Assembly (NCBI GenBank): GCA_023409435.1 | Contig: JAEYHP010000156.1 | Coordinates: forward strand, 2,959-66,958 | DNA length: 64,000 bases | DNA from: Bacillota bacterium | GTDB taxonomy: Bacteria > Bacillota > Clostridia > Christensenellales > CAG-138 | Reading direction: 5' to 3' | Part shown: piece after piece, positions 18,602 to 27,627 of the stretch | Layout: each line of letters opens with the position of its first letter | Numbering within the stretch: the stretch's first letter is position 1 | Made by a program: the position numbers and the translations under genes | The notes under the pieces: model-generated | Seen by the model: only the letters and a program-made list of their open reading frames with translations | What the model was told of the DNA's origin: nothing | Database searches by the model: none

Positions 18602-19716
18602 GCATGGACTACTTCTTTTCCAGCAAACAGCTGGCCGTGGGCTACAACGGCAAGCCGCTCATCAGGGATATCGAGATACGGCTTCAAAAAGGTCGCATCC
18701 TGACGCTCATCGGTCCCAACGGCTCGGGCAAGTCTACGATTTTACGCAGCATCACCAAGCACCTCAAAAGCATCGCCGGTACGGTGTACATCGGCGGGCG
18801 CTCCATTGCGGATATGAGTGACCGCGACTTTTCCTACCGCATATCCGTGGTGCTGACCGAAAGACTTCGCACGGAGCTTATGACATGCGAGGAGATCGTG
18901 GAAGCGGGGCGCTACCCCTATACGGGCGTTCTTGGTATCCTCTCCGACACGGACAGGGCCGCAGTGCGCGAGGCCATGGCGCTTGTAAACGTGACGGATC
19001 TAAAAGACCGCGACTTCATGCAGATCAGCGACGGGCAGCGCCAGCGGGTGCTGCTTGCGCGGGCCATCTGCCAGCAACCCAAGATCATCGTGCTGGACGA
19101 GCCGACCTCGTACCTGGATATCCGCTACGAACTGGAACTTCTCGACATCCTGCGCGATATGGCGCGGGAACGGGGCATAGCCGTAATCCTATCCTTGCAT
19201 AACCTAAATTTGGCGCAGCGCGTTTCGGACGATGTGCTGTGCGTCAAGGGCGAACATATTTCCCATTACGGCAACGCAAGCGATATTTTTCGCCGTGACC
19301 TCATCCACGAGCTTTACGGTCTTACGGATGGCAGCTACAATCCGCTGTTCGGAAGCGTCGAATTGAAGCGGCCCGAGGGCGAGCCGCGCGTGTTCGTGGT
19401 CGCAGGCGGCGGCACGGGCGCCGAAGTTTACAGGACGCTGCAAAAAAAACGTATCCCCTTCATCACGGGCATACTCCACGAAAACGACGTCGACTATCAG
19501 GTGGCGCGGGACCTCGCAAGCGAGGTCATCAGCGAAAAGAGCTTCCATGCCATTTCGGACGCCGCCTATGCGCGCGCGCTCGAAAAGCTCCGCGCATGCG
19601 ACACGATGCTAAACTGCCTCACCGAATACGGCGAGACCAACCTAAAAAACCGCGCGCTTTACGAGGAAGCGAAGGCGATGGGGTGCAAGGTGGTTGGTGA
19701 AGTGGAGGAACTGTAA
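18598..19716 (+). CDS. ABC ATPase (FepC/BtuD type) with an extra C-terminal domain of about 115 aa
   Basis: It has Walker A GPNGSGKST, the signature ISDGQRQRV and Walker B IIVLDEPTS. Residues from about 255 to 372 have no ABC counterpart. Confidence 0.88.
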   Translation: MSMDYFFSSKQLAVGYNGKPLIRDIEIRLQKGRILTLIGPNGSGKSTILRSITKHLKSIAGTVYIGGRSIADMSDRDFSYRISVVLTERLRTELMTCEEIVEAGRYPYTGVLGILSDTDRAAVREAMALVNVTDLKDRDFMQISDGQRQRVLLARAICQQPKIIVLDEPTSYLDIRYELELLDILRDMARERGIAVILSLHNLNLAQRVSDDVLCVKGEHISHYGNASDIFRRDLIHELYGLTDGSYNPLFGSVELKRPEGEPRVFVVAGGGTGAEVYRTLQKKRIPFITGILHENDVDYQVARDLASEVISEKSFHAISDAAYARALEKLRACDTMLNCLTEYGETNLKNRALYEEAKAMGCKVVGEVEEL

Positions 19717-19824
19717 GAAGCGGAAAACCAAGGGTAGAAAACAAGTATCCAATTATTTGCGCTTCACGGTGCTTGCTTAAAAAGAAAGCAATTTTCACAA
19801 TGCCAAATAATTTATTGACACTCC

Positions 19825-19857
19825 AAGGCATCCCTTCTTCATAGAAGCGGATGCCTT
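19825..19857. terminator. Bidirectional hairpin between the convergent ABC operon and kdgK
   Basis: A 9-bp stem (AAGGCATCC...GGATGCCTT) sits in the 200-nt convergent intergenic region. Confidence 0.5.
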
Positions 19858-19917
19858 CAAATGAAATAGACTCTCTGAATTTAACGGTTCAACTGCTTGC
19901 CGGAACTTATTGTTCCA

Positions 19918-20946
19918 TCAGCGTTGCACACGACCGGAGCCGTCGCCACCGATGAGATTCATGACCTCGTTTACCGAGGAGAGATTGAAGTCAAACTCGA
20001 TAGAGTGCTTGAGACAGCTGGCGCCCGCCGCGAACTCGACCGCTTTTTGATTGTCAAAATCGTTGAGGCAGGCATAGATGAGACCGGAGGCAAAAGAATC
20101 TCCGCCGCCAACTCGGTCCACGATCTGCATAGCATATTTTCTCGAAAGATAGGTCGTATCATCGGCGTAGAGCATGGCCGACCAATTATTAACCGAAGCG
20201 GAGATTGATTCACGCAGCGTGATTGCAACCTTCTCAAAGCCAAAGGTTTCGGTTAGCTTTTTCGCGAGGCCGGAATAGCCTTCAATGCTCAACTTCCCTG
20301 CCGTAATATCGGTATTATCCGCCTTGATACCAAGAACCTTTTCGGAATCCTCCTCGTTAGCAATACAGACGTCAACATACTGCATAAGGGGCTTCGTGGC
20401 AGCCTGAGCCTCTTGGGGCGTCCAAAGAGATTTGCGGTAATTAAGGTCTATGCTGACCTTTACCCCATGCCTTTTAGCGGCGATGCAGGCCTGCCTGCAT
20501 ATCTCCTGCATATTTTTACTCAGAGCTACAGTGATGCCGGTAAAGTGAAACCAGCCAGCATCCTTGAAGATTTCGTCCCAATCAAAGTCGCTGGGATCCG
20601 CCTCTGCGACGGCGGAGTGCTTACGGTCATAAATGACCTTGGAAGGACGCTGAGAGGCACCGCGTTCAAGATAATAGACACCCATACGCTCGCCGCCCCA
20701 GGCAATGTGCTTGGTCTCAACTTCAAACTTTGTCAGCATGCGCTTGGCGCAGCGACCTATCTCATTGTCTGGGAATTTCGTTACCATCTCGGCAGGCATG
20801 CCCATGTAGGACAGAGCGATGGCCATATTGGCCTCCGCACCAGTATAGTTAAGGTTGAAATTATTCGCCTGCGCAAGACGAAGATAACCGTCCGGCGCAA
20901 GACGCAGCATCATTTCGCCGAATCCAATAAATTTTTTCTTTTCCAT
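19918..20946 (-). CDS. kdgK: 2-dehydro-3-deoxygluconokinase (PfkB family)
   Basis: 342-aa ORF starting GFGEMMLRLAP..., with the DRVGGGDSFASGLIY PfkB C-terminal motif. It is adjacent to eda. Confidence 0.85.
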   Translation of the reverse strand: MEKKKFIGFGEMMLRLAPDGYLRLAQANNFNLNYTGAEANMAIALSYMGMPAEMVTKFPDNEIGRCAKRMLTKFEVETKHIAWGGERMGVYYLERGASQRPSKVIYDRKHSAVAEADPSDFDWDEIFKDAGWFHFTGITVALSKNMQEICRQACIAAKRHGVKVSIDLNYRKSLWTPQEAQAATKPLMQYVDVCIANEEDSEKVLGIKADNTDITAGKLSIEGYSGLAKKLTETFGFEKVAITLRESISASVNNWSAMLYADDTTYLSRKYAMQIVDRVGGGDSFASGLIYACLNDFDNQKAVEFAAGASCLKHSIEFDFNLSSVNEVMNLIGGDGSGRVQR

Positions 20947-20964
20947 GACCTGTTCTCCTCACGA

Positions 20965-21612
20965 TCAATATGCTTTTGCAATCTCAGTGAAGTCCCTTGC
21001 TCTCTTGGAAATCTCCACAAAATCGCCCGCAGCAATGCACTTTTTGTCGCAAAGACGCCCACTGATACCTGCACCCGCAAAGCCCAGTTCAAGATACTGG
21101 CCGAAATTGTCCTCGGTTACGCCGCCAGTCGCGCAGAGCTTGACGTGGCTAATGGGTGCAAGGATATCCTTGATATAGGAAAAATTGAGGTAACCTGAGG
21201 GAAACAGCTTGACTATGTCCGCTCCATAGTTGTGGGCAGCAATGATCTCGCTCGGCGTCATCGCGCCGGGAATGGACACAAGGCCAAGTTCCTTGGTATA
21301 AGCAATAATCTCGGGATCGGTGTTCGGCGAGATGATATAGCGTCCGCCCGCCTCTTTGGCAGCCTTGACTTGCTCTTTGGTCAGGACGGTGCCCGCACCG
21401 AACATCATTTGGTCGCCGTATTTTTTATTGAGAGCGTCGACGGCCTCGCTGGTTTTCCTGACGCACGCAGGGTCCGCCTGATCAAATGTAACCTCAATGA
21501 GTTTTACGCCGCCCGTAAGCAGCGCGCCCGCAAGATTGAGCAGGTCTTCACCGTAGACCTTGCGGCAGATGGTAATCACTTTGTTTTGCAATATAAACTT
21601 AAGAGTATCCAT
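20965..21612 (-). CDS. eda: KDPG / 4-hydroxy-2-oxoglutarate aldolase
   Basis: 215-aa ORF with an Eda-family pattern (VKLIEVTF, GAGTVLT, GADIVKLFPSG). Confidence 0.88.
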   Translation of the reverse strand: MDTLKFILQNKVITICRKVYGEDLLNLAGALLTGGVKLIEVTFDQADPACVRKTSEAVDALNKKYGDQMMFGAGTVLTKEQVKAAKEAGGRYIISPNTDPEIIAYTKELGLVSIPGAMTPSEIIAAHNYGADIVKLFPSGYLNFSYIKDILAPISHVKLCATGGVTEDNFGQYLELGFAGAGISGRLCDKKCIAAGDFVEISKRARDFTEIAKAY

Positions 21613-21742
21613 ATTGATAATCTCCTTTGATTATTTGATTATTGAAAAACTACTTGCAGCAGTTCCTCTATCCGGTAGTTTCTTTACCCAACAAATTCAG
21701 CTTTGCATTCCGAATTAACCCTGCTGGTATATAGTTGACCCA

Positions 21743-22105
21743 TCATGCTCTGAGCAGATGGATGGCAAACCCTTCAATTTCTTCTTGGAGAAATATGCGA
21801 ACAATCCCTCCCTCTGCGTTGCGGGTAATCGATTCATCGATGAAAGCGACGCCCTGCTCCTTCAAATAATGAATCGCCTCGTCAATATCGCTTGTTTTTA
21901 CGGCGATGTGTCCGTTTGAGCCATATCCCGGCTTTTTCAAGAGTTCAATTTCTTTACTTGCAAAAACGGAAGAGTTTCCGTGTTTAACAGGGAAGCCAAA
22001 CAGGTCGTTAAATTTTGCCCCAGCCACGGCGGCGCTCTGTTCATCGGGGCAATTGATGCCAATATGCGCTACGGTAAATCCCAGATCAGTGATCGGCTTC
22101 TTCAT
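21743..22105 (-). CDS. VOC/glyoxalase-fold family protein
   Basis: 120-aa ORF. The pattern (HIGINCPDE...NGHIAVKTSDIDEAI) fits a single VOC module. The substrate is unknown. Confidence 0.6.
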   Translation of the reverse strand: MKKPITDLGFTVAHIGINCPDEQSAAVAGAKFNDLFGFPVKHGNSSVFASKEIELLKKPGYGSNGHIAVKTSDIDEAIHYLKEQGVAFIDESITRNAEGGIVRIFLQEEIEGFAIHLLRA

Positions 22106-22195
22106 CTCTTTTTTCTCCCATCCGGTTTTGCTGTTTCTATACTTATTGTCATGCAGAATATCTTCACAAACAATAGAAGGAGTTACTGCAATATG

Positions 22196-22224
22196 TTGTA
22201 ATATTACGATTCTTTTGATAGTAT
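22196..22224 (+). promoter_or_regulatory. Putative promoter giving a leaderless araC-family mRNA
   Basis: A TTGTAA -35 box (22196-22201) is followed by a 17-nt spacer and a TAGTAT -10 box (22219-22224). The ATG is at 22231 and has no SD. Confidence 0.4.
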
Positions 22225-22230
22225 CATATT

Positions 22231-23106
22231 ATGAGCAAACGAATTGGTTTTGGTAAGAATACCCCTCTCTCATTTCGGGAGAATCTTCAATTTGACGAGG
22301 ATTGTCCATACAAAATCCGCTGTAAGGAATTTGTGAATGACGATATTGCCCCGCTTCATTATGCCGACGCAATGGAGATTTTAATATGTTGCAGAATTAT
22401 TGGCGAAGTTGTGATAGAGAATAAACGCATCGCTATCGACGGCAACGCCGCCGTATTGATCCCGCCCGGCGCTGTGCACTCGGTCACTATCCATAAAGGG
22501 AATGGACGCGCTTATGTACTGCACATCTCCTTTGCTGAACTGCGCGGGGTGGTGGATGTGACCGCCCTGATGAAACAGAGCAACCTCACGCTTGCAGGGA
22601 TTGATTACATTTGCCCGGAGTTCGACCGGGTGCTTGCGCTTGTCAACGAGATGATCGCTAAAGACGACGTGCCCTTTGCAAGAACTCGTGCTTTGCTTGA
22701 GATTTTTGAGATTCTCTCAAACCAGATGAAGACAAGCGAAGCGCCAGACCGTCTGCAAACCGGACGCGGCAGCGAGGAGTTGCGCCGTATCCTGCGCTGG
22801 ACCGAGCAGAATTTTATTGACCCCGTGCGGCTGGAACAAGCGGCGGCCGCCGTCGGTTTCACCAAGAATTATTTCTGCTTCTGGTTCAAGGCGAACACCG
22901 GCATCACCTACAACCATTATTTAAACAATGTTCGAGTCAGCAATGCCTGCCGCGTGCTCGCGAAGGCTGGCTCGATCACCGATGCGTGTTATGAGAGCGG
23001 GTTTCGGGATATGAGCTATTTCATCCAGCTATTCAAAAAAACGCAAGGTTGCACTCCGAAAGCCTATGCCGACCGGATTACGAAGCGGTCTGGCGGAAAC
23101 CCTTAA
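22231..23106 (+). CDS. AraC/XylS-family transcriptional regulator (cupin sensor plus HTH)
   Basis: 291-aa ORF. The C-terminus has two HTH_AraC repeats (GFTKNYFCFWFK..., ESGFRDMSYFIQLFKK). Confidence 0.88.
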   Translation: MSKRIGFGKNTPLSFRENLQFDEDCPYKIRCKEFVNDDIAPLHYADAMEILICCRIIGEVVIENKRIAIDGNAAVLIPPGAVHSVTIHKGNGRAYVLHISFAELRGVVDVTALMKQSNLTLAGIDYICPEFDRVLALVNEMIAKDDVPFARTRALLEIFEILSNQMKTSEAPDRLQTGRGSEELRRILRWTEQNFIDPVRLEQAAAAVGFTKNYFCFWFKANTGITYNHYLNNVRVSNACRVLAKAGSITDACYESGFRDMSYFIQLFKKTQGCTPKAYADRITKRSGGNP

Positions 23107-23172
23107 CAAGATGATGCTTAGCGACTTTATCCGGAATACCCGGCGAGCATTGCCAGGTATTCCGGCTCTTAT

Positions 23173-24066
23173 TTAGTAAAGCGCCGACATCCAACGACGT
23201 AACCGCTCGACGCAAACGGGCAAGCCTTCCGCCGCAGCAGGGAGGTCCTGCTTTCCCCAGCGACGCTCATATTCGAGCGAAAGCCAGCCAGCATACCCGT
23301 TGTCCTTAAGTTCCTGAAGAATTGCGGGCCAGTTCAATACGCCGTTGCCGGGAAACCGGCTGTAGACGGTACGTATCTCCTCTGAAATGTGGGAAACGCT
23401 GTCCGACTTAAATTTTACGGGCACACCGCCGCGATAAACGAGATCCTTAACGTGGACATAGCGGATCCAATCTTTTTGCAGTGCAATGGCTTCTCGGTAC
23501 TCCTCGGCCGGGAAAAACGCGAGGTTGGCCTGATCGTATAGAATACCGACATTAGGATGGTTGATTGCCTTAATGGCTTTCATCGTATTTTGGGCGGTCG
23601 TCGTCATGGTGCCAAAATGATTCTCAATAGAAAGCTGTATTCCATACCGTACCGCATACTCACCACATTCCCGCATGGACTTGACCAATTGAGAAAGTTT
23701 CGCGCCACCAGGATCTATCTCATCATCCGCAAACGCACCGCCATAGATGCGAATGCTCTTGGCGCCAAGAATCTGCGCCATATCGATCACGCGATTGAGC
23801 GCCGCGACCTCGTTGCGACGCGCCGTCTCATCAAGATCATTGTATCGGTTCAGATAAGGCGTCACCCCCGCAATCTCCAAGCCAAGGGAATCCGCCTCAT
23901 CCTTGACCTTCTGTACAAACGCGTCGTCCGCTTCATACGGAATACCGCTTTCATACCCCGTCTGAACCACGATCTCCGCACCATCCAGTTTCAGTTTTGC
24001 AAAGAAACGAAGCGCCTCAAATACATCAAATTCTGGCGTCGCCATTGTGTGTCCTGCCAGTTTCAT
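23173..24066 (-). CDS. Xylose-isomerase-like TIM-barrel protein (sugar phosphate isomerase/epimerase family)
   Basis: 297-aa ORF with the family pattern (IRIYGG..., SIENHFGT, LSLEYE). Confidence 0.8.
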   Translation of the reverse strand: MKLAGHTMATPEFDVFEALRFFAKLKLDGAEIVVQTGYESGIPYEADDAFVQKVKDEADSLGLEIAGVTPYLNRYNDLDETARRNEVAALNRVIDMAQILGAKSIRIYGGAFADDEIDPGGAKLSQLVKSMRECGEYAVRYGIQLSIENHFGTMTTTAQNTMKAIKAINHPNVGILYDQANLAFFPAEEYREAIALQKDWIRYVHVKDLVYRGGVPVKFKSDSVSHISEEIRTVYSRFPGNGVLNWPAILQELKDNGYAGWLSLEYERRWGKQDLPAAAEGLPVCVERLRRWMSALY

Positions 24067-24067
24067 G

Positions 24068-25033
24068 TCAATGCCGCCATTCCTTTGTGAGATCCGGCAG
24101 GCCAGCGGAGACCAGAATCCGGTTCATGAGTTCATGCGTTTTAAAAGCATCTTCCGCCGACGTAAGCGGCTTTTGCCGTGACTTTACACAATCAATAAAA
24201 TGTCGGTCGCATGCCTGGAAGCCAATGCATTCAACGTAGTTTGCCCACCCTTTATGCAGCGGCGTGGAATTGTAAACTTCCTCGTGATCGGGTTTGATTA
24301 CGGTCAGCCGGTCCGGGCTCTCCATAATGACAGTTTTGTTGCCGCCAAACAATTCAATGCGTTCATACCACTGCCCGGCCTCCCGGCTTGCATTGAGCAT
24401 CCCGATGCCGCCGTTTTCAAAGATTAGTTGCGCAGCGCAGAGATCCTCAAAAAACGGGTCGTTGCCCCAACGCGCCTCCGCCTTGACCGATATGCATTCT
24501 CCCATCACATACCGCATCATATCTACCATGTGAATTGCATTTTCAAGCGTGGCACGATACTCTTTAAATTCGCGGGATTTGCTCGCAACCATGAGATGCG
24601 GTGCTTTGCCTGCAAATTCTGCAATGCCTTTTTGGTTAACCGGCGCGTACCGGCGGTTGAATGCCACCATTACAATCTGGCCCGACTTTACCGAGATGTC
24701 GGCAAGCTCCTCGCACTCCTTCATGGTTGATGCGAGTGGTTTTTCCACCAGCACATCAAGATTTGCATTGAGTAGAGGGCCAAGATATTCCTTGCGAACC
24801 GTCTTGGGTGTCAGCAGCACAGCAGCGTCGAGATCGAGCCGTAGCAGTTCATTCAAGTTTTCCGCTGCGCAGGGAATGCCGCGACGCCTCGCTGCGGCCT
24901 CGCTTTTTTCTCGGCTTGAGCCCAATACCCCCACAATCTCGACATCCTCCATCGCCCCAAAGGCCGGAAAATGGGCGGCATGAGCAATAGAGCCCGTTCC
25001 AATAATTCCAACTCTGATTTTCTTCTCACTCAT
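24068..25033 (-). CDS. Gfo/Idh/MocA-family NAD(P) oxidoreductase
   Basis: 321-aa ORF starting IRVGIIGTGSIAHAAHFPAF (Rossmann fold), with the EKPLA motif. Confidence 0.88.
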   Translation of the reverse strand: MSEKKIRVGIIGTGSIAHAAHFPAFGAMEDVEIVGVLGSSREKSEAAARRRGIPCAAENLNELLRLDLDAAVLLTPKTVRKEYLGPLLNANLDVLVEKPLASTMKECEELADISVKSGQIVMVAFNRRYAPVNQKGIAEFAGKAPHLMVASKSREFKEYRATLENAIHMVDMMRYVMGECISVKAEARWGNDPFFEDLCAAQLIFENGGIGMLNASREAGQWYERIELFGGNKTVIMESPDRLTVIKPDHEEVYNSTPLHKGWANYVECIGFQACDRHFIDCVKSRQKPLTSAEDAFKTHELMNRILVSAGLPDLTKEWRH

Positions 25034-26031
25034 TTACCCTGCTCTCCTCGTGCGTAATGGGGTTGTCTGTTCCTAAGTGCATACGAAATTTCGACTGACT
25101 GCAAGAAAGCAGATACCGGGAAAACTGTCAGCTCTCCCCCTTCAATCGCCTTAATTATCCGCTTGTCCTCTTCATAAAATCCATTCAGCACAAACCCGTC
25201 CTCGCTGTTTGAGAGTTCGCTGCCCATAATCCGCATAGTCTCACACTCTTTCTCGGCGCACACAAGAGACCCAGGGAAATCAAACCCCCGTAAATAGGTC
25301 GTACCGCTCCAGACCGGAAGATTGAGATAAAACTGTTTCCCTGTGGTATATACCGAGATTCTCTCGGTCACTGCACCTGCGCAGGGTAAAAATCGCATAT
25401 CAACGTGAGCGCCACTTTCAAGACTGCCATGCGCAAAATAATCGACATTTCCACGTACGGTATCCACTTCATAATCGAGCGACAGCTTACGAAAATCCCC
25501 AAACAAATGACGCAGGCAGTCAATCCCATGAATTGCTGTCGTGGTAAAATCTTTTTCCGATCGCCCTTCCCGGCACATCTCAAGCGATACTGCCACAACC
25601 CGCTCCTCTGCCAGTTTTTCTTTGAGAAGCTGAACCAGCGGCATTGAGCGCCGGTTAAACAGTACCGCGTGATAAAGGTTATGGTCTTGGGCTGCCGCTG
25701 CGATTGCGCGCGCCTCTCTCGCACTGACGCCGGGGGGTTTTTCCATGATCACCGGATAACCTAATTCAAGCGTCCTGATTGCACAGGCCGCATTATACCA
25801 AACCGGAAGTAATGTAAAAACCGCATTGGGCTTTTCCGTATCCAGCATCATCTCATAGTCGCTGTACGCACGTGTAAAGCCGAATTTTTGGCGAAACGAT
25901 TCCGCCTTTGCGGTATCCATGTCACAGCAGGCGATAAGTTCGGCGATGCCTTCAGATTGTAGACGGCTTAATGCCGGTCCATGTGCGGCAAATGCAATGC
26001 TGCCGCATCCAATCAGGCAGATCCGTATCAT
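25030..26031 (-). CDS. Gfo/Idh/MocA-family NAD(P) oxidoreductase
   Basis: 333-aa ORF starting MIRICLIGCGSIAFAAHGPAL, with the MEKPPG motif. It has ATGA overlaps with both neighbours. Confidence 0.88.
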   Translation of the reverse strand: MIRICLIGCGSIAFAAHGPALSRLQSEGIAELIACCDMDTAKAESFRQKFGFTRAYSDYEMMLDTEKPNAVFTLLPVWYNAACAIRTLELGYPVIMEKPPGVSAREARAIAAAAQDHNLYHAVLFNRRSMPLVQLLKEKLAEERVVAVSLEMCREGRSEKDFTTTAIHGIDCLRHLFGDFRKLSLDYEVDTVRGNVDYFAHGSLESGAHVDMRFLPCAGAVTERISVYTTGKQFYLNLPVWSGTTYLRGFDFPGSLVCAEKECETMRIMGSELSNSEDGFVLNGFYEEDKRIIKAIEGGELTVFPVSAFLQSVEISYALRNRQPHYARGEQGK

Positions 26032-26825
26032 GATTCCATCTCCTTTTTCATTATCGCGAGCAACTCCCTAAGATAGGCCACGCTGTCTGCGCCAGATGCA
26101 AGATCCGGCTCGTGCAGCGCCTCGACCGAGAGCCGCGGGCTCGGCGTGCGCAGTATATGTCGAATATAATTCGAATAGTCACAACCGTCCGTACGGCGCG
26201 GGAATAATCGCTTTTCTCCGAACGGGAAGTCAATGTGGGTGTGAAGAACCCAATCCTTATATTTTTCAATCTCGCTGATCGGATCCGTTGATGCGGTCAT
26301 ATGCCTAAGATCACACATCGTTCCGATGTCGGGCGCACCCATTCCCTGCACAAAGCGTACGCTCTGTCCAATCGTTTGCAGGCAGTTTGAATACAGAGGC
26401 CCGAGCGGTTCTATCGCAATCCGGATTCCGAATTCCCGGGCAACCTCGGCCATTGATGCCACAAAAGCAGAGAATCTTGCCTCTTGCGCAGCCTCGCTGC
26501 CGTTACCGGGCTTAAAGCTCCGGCCTTTCCCGCTGCCCAAAGGCCAAACGACCGTTCCAAGGGCGGCGCTGCGCTCGGCGCCTGTTTTCAGATAACCCTG
26601 CCAGGTGTCAAAATCAAGGTCGGGGGCCGTCAAGTCGGCCTCAATCGGCATCACCCAAGAGCAGGCGTCAACGCCAAGGCCCGCTGCCGTAAGCCGTGAT
26701 TGCACCCCACGAAACTGCTCCTTTGAAAGGGAGATCAGTTCTTTAAGATTGAGTTCAATAAAATCGAAACCCGCTTTGGAAATATCTTCAATGTCCTTGA
26801 CGGTTCCGAAGCATCCAAGTCTCAT
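26028..26825 (-). CDS. Xylose-isomerase-like TIM-barrel protein
   Basis: 265-aa ORF with the family pattern (FDFIELN..., IAIEPL, HTHIDFP). A TAAGGAG RBS lies upstream. Confidence 0.78.
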   Translation of the reverse strand: MRLGCFGTVKDIEDISKAGFDFIELNLKELISLSKEQFRGVQSRLTAAGLGVDACSWVMPIEADLTAPDLDFDTWQGYLKTGAERSAALGTVVWPLGSGKGRSFKPGNGSEAAQEARFSAFVASMAEVAREFGIRIAIEPLGPLYSNCLQTIGQSVRFVQGMGAPDIGTMCDLRHMTASTDPISEIEKYKDWVLHTHIDFPFGEKRLFPRRTDGCDYSNYIRHILRTPSPRLSVEALHEPDLASGADSVAYLRELLAIMKKEMES

Positions 26826-26931
26826 CTGTGTTACTCCTTAGATCGCTTCTTTTTTAGACGGGCGCCGCATCGGTTCCGAGGTAATTAACAGATGCCGAAT
26901 GCAACTAACGCGCCCAGTATCCCAGCACATT

Positions 26932-27627
26932 TTATTCGCCTAGGTATGCCTTCTGCACGGCCGGGTCTTCAAGCAGCTCCTTGGATGGCCCTTCGAGGGT
27001 AATGCGTCCATTCTCCAATACATAGGTATGGTCGCTGACGCCAAGCGCCTGGCGGGCATTTTGCTCAATGAGCAGGATGGTGGTGCCCAACTTGTTGATC
27101 TGCTTGATGATCTTGAACACCTGCTTCACGATGACCGGCGCAAGACCCAGGGAAGGCTCATCAAACATAATGAATTTCGGCTCGGACATCAGCGCACGGC
27201 CGATGGCGAGCATCTGCTGTTCACCGCCGGAAAGGGTGCCCGCTTGTTGGTGGCGGCGCTCGCCGAGGATGGGGAACATCTTGTAGATTTCCTCTTCCTT
27301 TTCCTTGAAAGGCTTCTTGAGCTGGGAGGAACCCATGATAAGATTTTCCTGAACCGAAAGACCGGCAAAAACTTTGCGGCCTTCCGGCACCTGCACAACA
27401 CCCTTGGCGACAATCTTATGGGAGGCCTTGGGTAACAGTTCGCCGTTAAAGAGGATCTCGCCGTTCAGCGGCTTAACAAGGCCCGAGATGGTGTTCACAA
27501 GGGAGGTCTTCCCGGCGCCGTTCGCGCCAATAATGCTGACAATTTGGCCTACGGGAACCGCGATACTGACGTCATGCAGCGCGTCGACATGCCCATAGCT
27601 GACAGAAATATTTTTGACCTGCAGCAT
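26932..27627 (-). CDS. Liv/HAAT-family ABC ATPase (LivF type)
   Basis: 231-aa ORF with GANGAGKTS, LSGGEQQML and MFDEPSLGLAP motifs. Confidence 0.9.
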   Translation of the reverse strand: MLQVKNISVSYGHVDALHDVSIAVPVGQIVSIIGANGAGKTSLVNTISGLVKPLNGEILFNGELLPKASHKIVAKGVVQVPEGRKVFAGLSVQENLIMGSSQLKKPFKEKEEEIYKMFPILGERRHQQAGTLSGGEQQMLAIGRALMSEPKFIMFDEPSLGLAPVIVKQVFKIIKQINKLGTTILLIEQNARQALGVSDHTYVLENGRITLEGPSKELLEDPAVQKAYLGE

